From: Azolla caroliniana
Taxonomy: Eukaryota > Plantae > Polypodiophyta
Assembly: GCA_043228905.1 (NCBI GenBank)
Contig: JBHGNT010000011.1
Location: 22,180,349-22,244,348 of the forward strand
DNA length: 64,000 nucleotides
Reading direction: 5' to 3'
Within the stretch, counting starts at the first letter, position 1. Every line of letters starts with the position of its first letter. A program made the position numbers and the translations under genes. Below the pieces are notes generated by a model that did no database searches, was not told where the DNA came from, and worked only from the letters and a program-made list of their open reading frames with translations. Shown in pieces: positions 1 through 15,600 of this stretch.

Positions 1-654
1 GGGATTTCAGTATATGTGGGGTTTTCTGATTCAATAGCAATAAAAGGAAAATTGAAGGGCAGGTTGAAATCCTTATTTTTTTCCATTAGGTTCTACTTAT
101 TTTCCAGGTAATAGCTCACAATAAGTCTTCCATGGTGTACATAATGTAGATAGTAAGGTCTCGAAAAGGTGATTATTAGGGGTTCTGCAGTATTTTAATT
201 GAAGTCTGGACACTAAAGTGGGATGATATATAGTTAATTGTCAGTAATTGCAGGATTGTTCCTTATTTTATGAACTAGAGAGTGAATACTGTGTGACCAG
301 GTCTTACTCTTACTTTTATTCATTTATGTGATATCTCTTATAAAGGAGAAGATTCTAGTGAAGCTCAAAGAAAGAAAACTATTTATTGTTCTTGGCAGTA
401 GCTTTGCGTTTTTTTCTTTTCTTTTAATTTCTTTCATCATTCAATTCCATTTCTGCCCGAATATTCTTGGTTACCTTGTAAGTCATGACTTATAAAGGTC
501 TGTGTTTGACAGCTCTTAACAACTTTAGTCTCTTAGGTCAGTTTTTGGCCTTTTGTGCACGATAATATTACTTAAACTGGCCTTTTGTGCACAATAATAT
601 TACTTATTTTCTTAACAGGCTAAAATTTGACTTTTGTGTATCATGTTTTGGCAG

Positions 655-3600
655 GGTCATGAACTGTTAGAATTTGCTAGGACTGCTGTAATACCTTACT
701 TAGAGGATGAGGATTCAATTACAAGAAGAGATGCTGCAGTTTGCTGTAGTAGGCTTATGGAACACTCATTTTCTTCTTTTGGGCTAGCTAATGGAAGATT
801 CTCATCCAGTAGATCTGCTCGTCCAGGAGGATCTTGGAGGCGATGGCATCTTATAGAAGAGGTGTGATTGTTGTTGTTTTATCTTGTTATGTTCTCCTCA
901 ACCAGAAATGGGTTGGAGAAATCAGGAAGATATGTTTTCATCATTATAATTTTTGGAGAGTTTGGTTTTTCATTTTATGATATATGCATATTTTCTCCTA
1001 TGGCCAGATTCTCGACAGGCTTCTAGTTGCAGCAGTTGCAGATGCAGATGCTGGTGTTCGAAAAGCGGTTTTACATTCATTACATGAAAATGCTAGTTTT
1101 GATGCATTTTTGTCACAAGCTGATAGTTTACGTGCTATATTCATTTCCCTGAATGATGAGGTGTGGTATATCTGATTCTCTAAGTCATTAGTTGCGTTCA
1201 ATGGCGTAAGTCTGGGAAGTAATTCCATTTTGTTATGAAGGCTTTTGAGGTGAGACAACTTGCTATCTCAATGGCTGGTAGGCTATCAGATCAAAATCCT
1301 GCATATGTTCTGCCAGCTCTTCGTTGTCACCTTGTGCAGCTGTTAACGGACCTTGGACAAAGGTAATCTTTACAAGTGTCTGGGGAAGGATATCTTCAAG
1401 AAGGATTGGAACCCATTATGAAAGTTACAAATACACGTATTCTTATGTTGATGCAGCCCGGATAGTAAAAATCGAGAAGAGAGTGCCCAACTTCTTGGTT
1501 ACCTTATCAGATCTTGTGAACGTTTAGTACTCCCATATATTGATCCAGTTCACAAGGTACTGTGTTTGTATGTTTAATTTCAAGAAGACTACTTTTTTGC
1601 TTGCTTTACAGAGGTAATATGTTTCTTCCTCGAAGGTTCTTCTAGAAAAGCTACAGGATGGATCTTCTGGAGCTGCAAATAATGGAGTAGTGACAGCTGT
1701 GCTTGCGACAGTTGGTGAACTAGCAAGAGTGGTATGAAGGATATGATTATAAGAGAGGTTGCTAAGCTGACAACATTCAGTTCAATCTCTATCTTTAATG
1801 CAAGATTAATATGTTCTTAGGGTGGATGTGCAATGCGACAATATCTTGATGAATTGATGCCACTAATAAGAGATGTCCTCCTTGATGGGGCATCAGTAAT
1901 GAAAAGAGAGGTTGCAGTTTCAACACTTGGGCAACTTATTCAAAGTACAGGGTAAGTTTCCTTAATGCTTACATATTTACAGTCATAAATGTTTCACAGT
2001 GGATATATCAGTTCTGTCATTTCTGTGACTTTTTTCATTTGTGTGAGAATTCTTCTTAGGCTGGTAGAATGTCATTCCTCTGCTAATTTGTTGTGGAAGG
2101 GATTGTGGAGGCTGGTGTATAAGTAGCTATTTTCAGTTTAGGCGCATCAGAGTCATGATTGAATCATTTTAAAAAGCAATTTTCAGTTTAGGCGCAACTT
2201 CTGAATGCTCAAATATGTGAACTTCAATGTATTCATGAGGAACTCCCCCTCAAAATTTCCAGAGGTTTTGTGGCTCATTCCAAATTCCTGAGTCTCTGCA
2301 GACTTCATAGAGCCATAAATTGTTTAAAAATAGATGATTGGGGCATTATGCATGCATCAAGCTTGAGCTCGAGTAAAAGAAAACCTCATCTTCCTTTTGA
2401 GGCAAGATAAAGAATGCATAAACTAGGATTAAGTTCATCTCATTGATCTTATTGTTGGTTGTAAACTTTCATTTCGGGTGTGTTATAGATGCCATTATAC
2501 ATTTCATCTCATTTCATTGCCAACCAAAATTGACAGCATGCAATAGCTAGTTGTGAATCTTATCTTTTTCTTTATAAGATTCCTGAACTTGTGCACTATT
2601 TGACACAGGTTGTCAGATATCAAAACAATGCTGTTTGTGTGATGCAATTTTGTCAAACTCGTCATAGAATTATCTTAAATGTGCTCAGAAAATTCTAGTG
2701 AGAGTAAAAGAAATTTTATCTGCAAAAACTCTTTCAACTAATAAGTAAAGCTGTTCTATTTTCATAAAACTTTGGTTGGCTCATCCATCCCAAATCTGAC
2801 TGAAACTTCTTCGAGGTCAATTATTACCAGAATTGAACTTGGGTTGCCTGGTGAAACAAAGCCAGGTATCCTAACCTGACTAGACAAGAATGGATCCACA
2901 TCTTGATATTCAAAATTTACATACATATGTGTATCAATTCTAGAAGCAGAAGGTGAAAACATGCAAACAGAACAATGTGTTCATCTTGAAAACAATATAT
3001 AGATATATTGTGTCAAAGCCTATGAGTAATAGCACAGTGCGTGAAATTGAGCATAGTTGGTCAAGGGATTGGCTTCCATTGTAATAGAAAAGAAATGCAT
3101 CGGGTTTTCTGTATAGCAATAGAATAATAACAATGCTCCAGTCGATCTATCCAATAATAGATTTTAATGAAATATTATTTTATGAAATTTATTCCTTTAT
3201 GAGCCTCTCATTTAGTTTTTATGTATTTATTTATTTCTGTATCTTGGTCTCATTTATTTTTCAATATACTTAAAGATCCTCTAGTAATTTGCTGAGCTGA
3301 AAGTTTTCTGCCTTTTAATGAGATCATGCAGATATGTTGTGACTCCTTATACAGACTACCCTGAATTACTTGGTTTGCTGCTTCGCTTATTAAATGGAGA
3401 TCTTGCATGGTCTACAAGAGTAGAAGTGCTTAAGGTACAAAGTGATTTTGAGTATACTTGATAAATGCGTATGGAACTTTCTAAAAAATGTGTTTTGTTA
3501 ATTTTTATTCTCAGGTTTTAGGAATATTGGGTGCACTTGATCCTCACAGACATAAACATAATCAACAGTCACTGCAAGGGGTTCATAGAGAAGGGAATCA

Positions 3601-6600
3601 TGCAGATGTCCGGCAGCAGATGCATTCTATGGAAGAACTTCCCCTTGATCTCCTGCCTGCAGGAGGGCTATTTACGACTTCTGAGGATTACTACTCAACG
3701 GTACTCCATTTTCCCAACTCTTGCATATCTTTAAGAAGTATTTTCCTGATTATATTTAGTTCTGTGATTCTTTATAGGTTGCGATACATGCATTGATGCG
3801 CATTTTAAAGGATCCTCAGTCAAGCTACCACCAGAAAGTTGTGGGGTCTCTCATGTTTATCTTCAAGGTATGGGAGGCATTCTCTTTGGTTCTGGTGCCA
3901 TGAAGCCATTTTGATTCGCAGAGATTGCATCCAATTTATTTGGATTGACTGCTGCCTTTTGTTACATTTTTCTGACTTTTTGTGTATTTGCAATGCTGAT
4001 ATTTCAGACCATGGGGCTTGGCTCTGTCCCATATCTTTCGAAGGTGAGTAAAATGGTTCAGAAACTTTATTTCTCATTTCTTTTTGAGCATTGAGGGCAA
4101 TGTATGCAACACATGAATTGCGTTTGCATTCTTTTTCAATACATTGTTGATCATTGTTTGTCCCTGTTCCATATCTTTCGAATGTGAGTAAAATGGTTCA
4201 GAAACTTTATTTCTCATTTTTTTTTTGAGCATCGAGGGCAATGTATGCTATACATGAATTGCATTTGCTTTCTTCTTCAATACATTGGTGATCACTGTTT
4301 GTTTGCTCACATAGTACATCGATGAAAGATATTGAGATTTTATAGCTATAGTCTAGCTATAAATTGTCTGATGGATATTAAATTTGTCTTTATTTAATGG
4401 AACCATTTGTTTACAGTGTAAGCAGTTGTGTCGAGCTACAGTTTTGATGTGCATTGTTGCTTTATTTTGTCAAGCTATGTGTTTTCATTTTCTACTAGTT
4501 TATAATGTGTTTTGTTCTATTATTTAAGAGAAAGAAAGATATATTAACCCCTCTTAGGAGGCCAAAAGGGCCTATACGACCAAATGAGGGATTACATCAT
4601 AAGTGTTGTCTCGTCTTTGAGAACAACAAATCAAAATAAATAAATTTTCCTAGGTAAAAAATTAAATAAGATAAAAAAGACTAGAGAATCTTGTTATCAA
4701 TACATGCAAGATTCTCAAGTTAGACATATTGTAAATTTTTTTCAAAAGATCTCTAGCATAGGTTGATCGAGAATGGAGGGTCCCCGAAGTGAGTGAAGCA
4801 CCTTTCAATGGCGGGAGATAATGGCCTTTATCTATCAATGACAAGGGTAATGAGATCATGATCCATGGGGCCGGGCCCTACGTGCACGACAAATTGCTAT
4901 TGCCTGATCTATTGTAACCTCTTTGTTATTTCCTAGTTGGGAGCCCATTTGTGTAGCACATGATTGACTTGTAGCATGAGTAGGAGTGATGGAGCTAAAG
5001 AATTTTATGATGTTCTTTGTTGATGAGCTTGTGTCGCTCTACTGTTATCCTTCAACAATTTTTCCATGTGTCTCTTGAGTTCTAGCAAGAAAAGCCCCAA
5101 CTGCTGTTGGTCATATTCCATTACCTTGCATACTGGGCCAGAGCCTTGCTTAAAGAGGCAATGGTATCTCCCCCTTATTTCATAAGAAACACTAGAGTGA
5201 CAAACATAATGTTCTTCAGATTCCACTCCCTGATGACACAATTGACAAATTCTTTCTTCTAGAAGTATTAGTGCATATCATCCTACCTCAATCTCTAACT
5301 GATGTGATGAAGTTTGCAGTTGCCCTATCACACTGCACAATGCATATTCCTACCAAGGGATATTTTGGGGTTGATTTATATTATACTGTTTTCCAAGTTA
5401 ATAATATCAGTTCAAACCACTGTATTCTTTTCCAGTTTGATCATGTTTAGATGACATCAATCTAATCTATACAGTAATGGGGGTAGTGCATTTATGATTA
5501 TACTATGTGACTTGAACCATGGTTGCATTTTAGCATACCAACAATAGATGTCTCCATGTTCAGCAAGTTGTTTTTATGACATAATTGCCAATCTTGAGTA
5601 CCATCGTTTAGGGAACTCCAAAGCAATTGGATATAGGTCACTGATCAGAATAATGCCTTGATGATTATAGAGGCTGCTCCCATCTCTGCAGAAAGAAAGA
5701 AAGATATATTAATGTCTTTTAAGAGGCCAAAATGGCCTATAAGACCAAACAAGAGATTACATCTTAAGTGTTATCTCGTCGTTGAGAACAACATATCAAA
5801 AAAATAAGCAAATAATACTCCGTAAATATAAAAGTATATAAGATAAAAAGACACGAGGGAATCTGGTTTTCGGCACATGAGAGATTCTCAAGTTAGATAT
5901 ATAGTAGCTTTTGTCTTCAAAAGATCTCTAGCATAGGTCGATCCAGAATGGAAATGTCTCTGAAGTGAGGGAAGCACCTATGATGGCGGGAGATAATGGC
6001 TTTTATCTATCGATGTCAAGGGTGTCGAGGTCGTGGTCCATGGGGGCTGGGCCTACGTGCATGGCAAATTGCTATTACCCGATCAATTGTAACCCCTTTG
6101 ATATGTCTTGGTCTGGAGCCCATTTGTGTATCCCGTGATGGACTTGTAGGATTAGTAGGAGTGATGGGGCTAAAGAAAGTTGTGATTGTTCTTTGTGGAT
6201 GAGCTTGTGTGGCTATATTCTTCAACAACTTTTCCCGATGTCTCTTGAGCTATAGCAAGAAAAGTTCTAGGCATTGTTGGTCCTCATATTCCATTACCTT
6301 GCGCAGTGGGCCAAAGCCTTGTTTAAAGAGGCAATGGTATTTCCATCTGATTTCATAAAAGGCACTACAATGACAAACATAGTGTTCCTCAGATTCCACT
6401 CCTCGATGACACAATTGGCAAATTCTCTCTTCTAGAGGTAGTCGTGTATATCTGCCTACCTCAATCTGTAGCAGAGAAGAGGATCAACTTTTGGGGTTAA
6501 TAACTCTTCTGTGAGCATCAATAATGAATGATGTACCAGAGGAATGGCCATTCCCAACAGTGAAGGAGACAAAAGTTTCTCTGATATGAAAGCTACTATC

Positions 6601-9600
6601 AAAAAAGTGCTTTGGTCCTGGTCATGAGCCAGAAAGAGATAAACCAATGCTTTATACATGCTTATTGATACAGGTATAGACATAAACTATGAACAATCAA
6701 AAGTAGATACAATCAACTGTCTGCCTAGAAAAGTAGAAAATCCCATGTATCAAAAGAGCTCACAAGTATGTGTAATCTAAGTGACATAATGGAAGCATAA
6801 TGACAGTAGGGTGAATATCACCCTGTCCTCTGAATCATTATTTTGTCTAAGACCATGGAACTGTTTTAATGGTGATTTCCGATGTATGTCAACACATAGT
6901 TTTCATGGCAGAGTTGGTACTTTATCAACATGGAACCATAGATATTAAAATTTTCAAGATAAATAACGACAAAATAAAATTGAGATATCTGAAATGCATC
7001 AGAAGGGAATAAAGAGTTGACCTGCATGTGCAGTTGTTTGAGAGTTGATATTTTAATTCTGTAAATCATGGTGGTATTCTTGTATGAATGTTACATTGAA
7101 ATTTTACATGTTTTTTCTCAGGTGATGCCGGATCTTTTTATTACAGTTCGATCATGTGATGACAGCTTGAGGGAGTTCATATTTTTGCAGCTTGCATTGC
7201 TGGTTTCTATTGTGAAACAGGTACAAAAATATGGACCAATAATAGAAATCTTACATGCTGGGTACAAGTTTGCATATATAGATAATTAGTTTCCTTTGGT
7301 TGCCCAAATGAATGTAAAATAGATATGTCTAATTTCTCTCTTTTTTATCTTAATTTTTACAGCACATTCGGAAATATTTACCTGAAATGCTTTTACTTAT
7401 CTCTGACTTTTGGTCCACTCTGCTTCTGCCTACACCAAGACGACCTAACAGTGGATCACCTGTAGTTTGAAACCCCTTGATCATCTAGAAGTTTTATTTA
7501 TAGTCTTCTCCAATAAATATACAAATGTAATGTTTATATTTGGAGATCTCGTAGGCATCATGTGCATTTGGTTTTTGCAGATATTAAATCTGTTAGAACA
7601 ATTATGCAAGGCTCTCAACGATGAGTTTCGGACATATATGCCAAAAATCTTACCACGATTCATTCAAGCATTGAGTGATGCTGAAAGGAACTCTGGTTAT
7701 GCTTGTGTGCCACCTATATTACACACGTTGGAGGTTTTTGGCAGTGAGTCTCTAGCACTTCTCAAAATTTAAATAGCCAACTTGAATTTTTCCTAACAGT
7801 CATGTTTTTTCTCTATGGTCATCATCACTTGGCACTGAAGGTGCTTCCCTCGTGTTGGAGATATTTTCATATTGAATATTTTCCGAAGGCAGAAATTTCA
7901 GTCTATCTAACTTTAGAATCTTAAGTGCTTAAATTTGCACACTATGTTTACTTATATTATTTTGGCTTTTTGTTCAAAAAGAAGAGACAACTTTTTGAGT
8001 AAAAATTGTTTATTTAGTCTTATAAGCCATCTGGCCTCTTTAAAGACATTAATATATCTTTATTTATTTATTTCTACGGCAGGCAATTTGGATGAACACA
8101 TGCATCTGTTACTTCCAGCATTAATTCGTTTATTCAAGCCAGATGCATCTGATGCACCTTTAGACATCAGACGTGCAACCATCAGGGCACTTATCCAACT
8201 GATTCCGGTGGTACAAGTATGTAAATGCTCTTCTGGAAATAGGTTGTTTGATGTTAATGATTCAATATGAATGAATAAACACTATGTATTTGTGATTCAA
8301 GGAGAATTTCTCTGTTAAATTTTACCATTCGGTAGTTTTTCATGAATAAATTACCAAGGTCAACCCAAGAGGACTGGCTTTTTGTTCTGGATGATACACT
8401 TTGAAATTCACAGACAAGCACAGATGATTTAGCTGTCTGTTAGTTTTTCATGAATAAATTACCAAGGTCATCTCAATAGGACCTGCTTTTTGTTCTGGAT
8501 GATACACTTTGAAATTCACAGATAAGCACAGATGTTTTAGCTGTCTGTTGTTAATGACTAGAGAATCAAGATTCTGTAAAATTAGAAGTGCAGCTCTAAT
8601 CCTAAACTTTCTGTCTGTGAAAGGATCCATCTGCATAGAAATGAACTGGGTTAGTATCGACGAAGAAGTAATGTAACCCCAAACAAGGGCAGTGTACACA
8701 TTGATGAAACTTGACTTCAGATTATTTCAATGGATTCAATGAATTATACATGTTTTCTTTAATATGCAATGACAGTAAAAGACATGAATTAATAATAAAC
8801 AAACACTTATTTTTTTGAATTGTTATACAATTTGAACTATTTTTCATATGCATGACATCAATATTTTTCTGTCACATATATGCTTATTTATTGCCTTCGT
8901 GCTCTTTTCTGGTAGGTGTCTGGACATGTTTCTGCAGTGATGCATTCCCTGAAACAGGTCTTGGATGGGTAAGGTTGCTTAGAATTTTGTTGCACCTTCA
9001 TACCGCTGAATTTTTATTATTCTGGAACATGATTGTAATATAGATACCGGTAGCCTGTCCATTCTGACATGTAATTTATCAATGCTTGCTGCAGTAGTTT
9101 TGATGAGCTGCGTAAGGATGCAATGGATGCCATCTGTGCTGTTGCTGTGGCTTTGGGTGCTGATTTTGTGTACTTCCAACCGTCTGTTCGCAAGATATTG
9201 CAACGCCACAGACTACAGGTAATAGTGTCTCCTGGATGTTGGAATATAATGTGAAAGTGTGCATTATTTGAATATTTTCTGGTGGCTGTACAGCATGCAC
9301 AGTTTGATGCAATTGAAGGAAGATTAAGAAGACAAGAACCTTTGTTCTTTGACGTGAAGGGAAGTCCAGCTATAAATGCAAGTCTTACAAATGGAGATTC
9401 AACTATGGCTGCAAACACCGGAAGTTATGGATTTGATTTTGATGATAGATATGATGATGGAATAGACCCTTCAAGTCAAACAAAGAATTTTAAGGTTGGG
9501 GATGACGTTTGAATTCACTAAATGTTTCAGACAATAGGTTATATATTTGGTTGTGTTCAGGTCAATGATGGCCGAATTCGAGCGGCTTGGGAGGCATCTC

Positions 9601-12600
9601 AGAGAAGCACTAAAGAGGACTGGGCTGAGTGGATGCGGCACTTCAGTGTGCAGCTCCTTAAGGAGTCTCCTTCACCTGCTCTGCGGACTTGTGCACGCTT
9701 AGCCCAGCTTCAGGTTGGTGTCCTTTGAGCAAGACAGTTTTACAAGCTCTGCAATTTCCATAAATGTTTTTGTCTCTTTTAGCCTTTTGTGGGAAGGGAG
9801 CTATTTGCTGCGGGGTTTGTAAGTTGCTGGGCTCATTTAAATGATGCTTATCAACAGCAACTAGTTCGGAGTCTTGAAATGGCATTTTCGTCTCCAAATA
9901 TTCCTCCTGAGATCCTTGGGACACTCTTGAATCTGGTAGGTTTGGCGTTATTCTCCTCAAGAAAGGCATGTGATTGGTGGTGGCTGGTGGTGATACTTGT
10001 GTTTTATCCAGGCAGAGTTTATGGAACATGATGAAAAACCATTGCCGATTGATATCCGCCTCTTGGGTGCTCTGGCAGAGAAGGTACACTATTTTCAGCT
10101 AATTTGATATTCAGATTTCTTACTGTTTCTCTCATGCTTTTGTATTATGATTGTGCAGTGCCATGCATATGCTAAGGCCTTGCATTACAAGGAAATGGAA
10201 TTTGAGGGAGCACAATCCAAAAAGATGGATGCAAACCCTGTTTCTGTTGTTGAAGCATTGATTCACATCAACAACCAGCTTCATCAACATGAGGTTTAAA
10301 TGCTTATGACATTGATCAGGCACCTGAAGCACAATATTGCCTTGTATTTGCCTTGTGTTTGCGCTGATTAATTGTTGTTACTGTAGGCTGCAGTTGGTAT
10401 CTTAACATATGCGCAACAACATCTCTCGGTTGAGCTCAAAGAATCATGGTAAATGAATAAGTTATGTATGAATATTAAAACTAAAATAGTGAGCACTAGG
10501 GTGATGAAATTAGACTACGTTTTTCTCATCGCCAATTTAGGTCAACTAATGGGCACAAATGCAATATTTTCATTTTGGTGTGATGCTTGGTTGGAGAAGG
10601 CCACATCACAGTTGACTCCAAGTAGTATCCACCCAGATGACACTGCAGATTTGATAGGAGAGCATATAATGCACCTGAATCTTTGGAAGACAATGAATAT
10701 GTTGGGAAATGAATGTTTAAGGGACTGTAGCTCTAAGGTATTGCTATCCCTGAATAATGCAAGTAGTTTTGACCTCTTTGTTAAAAAAGTCATCAAACTC
10801 CTTGGTGTAGAAAACATGTCATCTACCCTACTGGTACATGCTAATGGTTCAATCTGGACTATGGTAGGAAATTCCTCCATTATCAAAACTTAGTTTTTAT
10901 AATTATCATTTTGTATTCCCACAATATTCCTAACTCTAATGTTAAGTACCTGTTGTCCTTTTTATTTTCATCATCTCGACTCAAACGTTTCGCTGTCAGT
11001 TAACCATTCTCAGAAGAGGAGATATGTATACTATACACACAATTAATACTCTTAATGAGCAAGCTCTTTAGCTGCTTAGGATACATATATCCAAATCTGT
11101 GAGTACGTGGACAGATATGTTTTTTCATTAGAACCATATCAGGAAAGCCTATGAAGTGAGATTTGATATTGCACTTCCCTCTTTTGTGAATTTCTTGCAA
11201 AGCTATTTTTCATTATTTCTGTGTTAGAGGTGTGATGTGCTTTAAATACATCTGTGTCTCGTTGGGCATGATGTGCGAAGAAAGAAAGAAAGCTTTAGTA
11301 ACATCTTGTAAGAAATAACATGAAAGAAAGATGAAAGAAGGAAATAATGTAATTTGTTTGAATTTATTAGAAGCCCAGACTGGCATGGATCAATCTTGTA
11401 CAAGTAAGTCTATGTGTCCGAGTTGCTCTTGATACATTAGGTGAGGATAAAAATAGTTTCCTAAAATTAGGCATATTTGAAGAGTATGAAAATCAGAAGT
11501 TTTGGTGGGGGGTGGGAAGGAGCTGTAAGGCTAGAGAATTATATGCATCTTTATGTGTCATTATACGAGAACAAAATTCTTACCTAATCTGCCCACCTGA
11601 GGATGTATCGCGTGGGTGGATGGGTGAATGTGGTTTGAAGATTTTGCAATGCTCTTCAGATTTAATGGATGTGTGCTAACTGGTTCTCCATGTAATGTCA
11701 CGTCCGGATCTCCCTGTTCCGGACTAAGAAGAAAGAAAGCTATATCAATGTGTTTTAAGGGGCCAAAATAGTCAATAAGACCTAATAAGAGATTATGTCT
11801 CACATTGTTTTCTCATCTTTAAGCATAGGGTACTGAAGAATCCAGATATCTAAGAATTTAAGATTCTAGACTTTGTAGACCGAAACTTCTCTTCAAAATA
11901 TCTCCATCCATGTTCTTCATAATCCAATTTAATGATATGATCAGATCATTCTATTATTTTCCACTTTAGCCATGTTCAGATGTGGACGATCCATGCTATA
12001 TTGGAATGGGAATAGTGTGTTAATAGTTATGCCATGGGACTGGAACTGTACTTGCATTTTAGCTTACCAACAATGAACGCTCCATTTCTAGGTAGCCCTT
12101 TTGATGACAAGTGCTAGTCTTGAGTACCTACGGGTCACTGATCAGAATAATGCATTGGTCACAATTGGACTGCTTGTATCTCTGCCCATATTATATAATG
12201 GGTACCTATGCTTTGCTCCTTATCATCCGACCAATTATCGAGACTAGATGTCTCGCCAAATCTGTCCAGTTATGTGTCCTCTCCAAGGTTCTATTCCTTA
12301 GTGAAGAGTTACACCTGAAATTAATTTTACTCCAATATCAGTTCAATGAAACTATAGCATCAAGGATGGATATGTTCTTCAAAGAAGGAACGTTCCACAT
12401 GTTTTAAATGATAATGTTCTTTATTTCAAGATACCTGGAGCTTTTCTGCACTCAACATAATGTGATTGCCTGGTAAATGCTTTATGGTTGGCGAAATAGA
12501 ATCGGAGAGTCTCGCCCTTGCATGCATGATAAGGTGCTTCTGCATGGAGGGTGATGCCCTTGAAGAAGTCTGAAGTGTCCTTTCCTGTGATGGTGCGGCA

Positions 12601-15600
12601 ACAGTTCTAATGTTTAGAAATTTCTACCAAGTCTCTTGATCTAGTCTTACATTTGATTGACAAATGTTTGATTTTTCATGCAACATTGCCTGAAAATTTG
12701 CTTTTTAAGTGTTACTAACTGGATATCGTCTTGTGTGTTTCACCAAATATTTGCAGACTGGAAATTAATAATTTTTTTCTTGTTTATATAGGTATGAAAA
12801 GCTGCAAAGATGGGAGGAGGCTTACCAAGCATATTCTGCAAAATGTTCTCAAACATCTAATGTCCATCCTGCTTTGGAACCAACTCTAGGTCTGGTTGAC
12901 GCCAAAGTTAATGATTGTTAGCTTCCAGCATTTATTGTTAAGCTTAAGGGGTTGTAGACTGAAAGTGAGAATAATGATTAACCTCCACTGTTGTTGTAAC
13001 TGTGCATTTCTGTTTCTGTATGATAAAATAATCGAGGACACAGTAAAAGATGAAGAGATAAGGAGGTTGTAAGAAACTCATTGGAGGTTCAGGTTATGTT
13101 AGGAACAATGGCATGATAGAGTTTTCTTTGTATGGCATGAAAGGCACACTTATGTAGTCCAGTGCATAGACCCGTCGATGGTCAATTGTCTCCTTGGACA
13201 CGATATGGCTACACAAGTACACTAGATAGATTCACAAACTTATAATGAGGGGGATATGTAGTTTGACAATATCTCAATATTATTCTTCTCCTGATTGATT
13301 TGTTCTACTAATTGATGTGTATTGAAATATAGGAAAGATGAGATGTCTGGCATCATTGGCTCGATGGGATGAGCTCAATCTTCTTTGCAAAGATTATTGG
13401 GCTCGTGCTGAACCTGTTGCTCGTTTGGAGATGGCTCCTATGGTTAGAATTGTCATTCTTTATATCATTATTATTATTATTTTGCAACCCCAACAAGGTT
13501 TAACAAATAAAAAATCTGCAGGCTGCAAATGCAGCATGGAACATGGGTGATTGGGAGATGATGGGAGAGTATGTTTCTCGTCTTGATGATGGTGATGAAT
13601 GGAAGCTACGTAATTTAGGGAGCTCTACAAATAATGCAGAGGGAAGTAGTGATGGACCCTTCTTCAAGGCAGTTTTATGCATCAGGCATTGTAAGGTTGG
13701 CATTCTTCTAAAAAGAACTTCTGCATTTTCCATAATTGAATTTTCATATCACAGTGTTATCTAGCGTGGCACACATTTTGATTGGCCAGTATGATGAAGC
13801 TCGAAGCTATATAGAGCGTGCTCGAAAGTGTGTTGCCACGGACCTATCAGCTTTGGTAAAAGTTTCTTTGACATCAGCACACATTTTTGTTTACATGTTA
13901 ATCTATTGAACTGAAGTGTTGTCCCAAATGTTATGCCAGTGAATATTTCTGTTGCAAACTTTATTAATTGATTTTATACTGATTTTATAGATCTGTCAAT
14001 CCTAGGTTCATCTGTTTGTAGTTGATGATATTTTAGTTAGCATACAGCATAAAGCAGTATCATCGTTGTGTTTGGTGTATACTTTTGATCATTATGAATT
14101 ATTTAAAGCAATTGGTGTTTGTCCTAACATTTTTGTGGTTACAGCATGTCATGCAACCTGATCTATAAACTTGCTCATTGTTCTGTTTTAGAGGGTAGGT
14201 AGTCGTGGAAGATTACAGTATGAAAATACCTGGATTTTGGTTAGAGGAAAGTAGTTGTTGGTTACAGGATAAGCCAAATATACATTTACTCTATATGAGT
14301 CAGCTTCATCGAACCCATCACTGTACACCTAGTTGCAGTTTGGATATATTGCATTCTTAAGAGACATAATATCGTAGAAAGATTATCTTTTGTACAGTTG
14401 CTCGTATTACTTTCTGACAAATTGGAAGAGTTGCAGCCGTCACATTGATAAGCTGTGAAACTCATTCCACCTCTGATATCTATAAATTTTTCTTATGATT
14501 GATTTGATGTGCCCAAAATATTATCAGCACAAACCAAGATTATTCAGGTTTGGAGGAAATATCTACCAGGACTATGTTGATTTCACATTATTCACGCTTC
14601 CAAGGTCAATGGTTTGCTTGTATTTCAATTTCTGGGCGAATATAATGTGGATTTTCCTCATTAATATTAGGTGCAAGCCTGCTTTGTGCATCTATTTCTC
14701 ATAGCATATGTGCTATTCTATTAGTGATTTTAATATTGAGGTACTACAATTACTTGTGCTTGTATTGGATGGGGCGATTATCTCTAGTTGATTCTAATAT
14801 AGTCAATTCCAAGTGGAAATGCTTCTGTTGTATCTTTTTATTTCTTGTATATTTTCTATAATGTTTATGTTTGCAGGTGTTAGAGAGCTATGACCGTGCT
14901 TATAACAACATGGTGCGTGTGCAACAGCTCTCGGAACTTGAGGAGGTGAGAAACTGAACAGTCTATATGATATTTGAGAGTTTTAAAATTGATTGTATAC
15001 TATTATGCATGAATGTTTGAAAAACATTTTGCTAGTTGCAAAACACTATGGTCATAGTTCAAATGATCTATATTAATTATCCAAGACCAGACTACAATAT
15101 TTACAGTTATAAATTTTAATTTTTTGCTCTGCCCCAACTCCCTTCCCCTCAAATGTATGCTTAATCTGTGCATTATTATCTGCTGAATCTCTGTGGAATG
15201 TTTGGGAAATCTTGGTGTTAATGCCTACAGTATCTCTTGTTAATCTTTGGTGATTCTCTACTTAAGCCCTGCATATGCAGCCCTTATGCCCTTGAAAGAC
15301 AACCACAAACTAAAATTGTGGCTATTAGATACACGTGTCACACCAACACTTCCCTATGGAGTAGAAACCTGGGGACAGAGTCTTAACAAGGCAAATAATT
15401 GAAAAGATTGAGAGAGACCTTTAGTCTCAATGATTGCCCGCATGATAAGGACCAAGCATTGGTGCCCCATGATATAATCTGGGGAGAGATGGGAGCAGCC
15501 CCAATAATCATCACGGCATTATTCTAATAATTAACCAGTATCTAACGACTTTAGGAGCTCGCTAAATAAAGGTACTCAAAGTTGGCGCTTATGTCATCAA

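Noticed and set aside
10453-10893. Overlapping 146-aa (+) and 114-aa (-) ORFs in a TOR intron
   Set aside because: Not needed for the TOR frame (10448 joins 12792). FWCDAW is only faintly L1-like, which is too weak to call.
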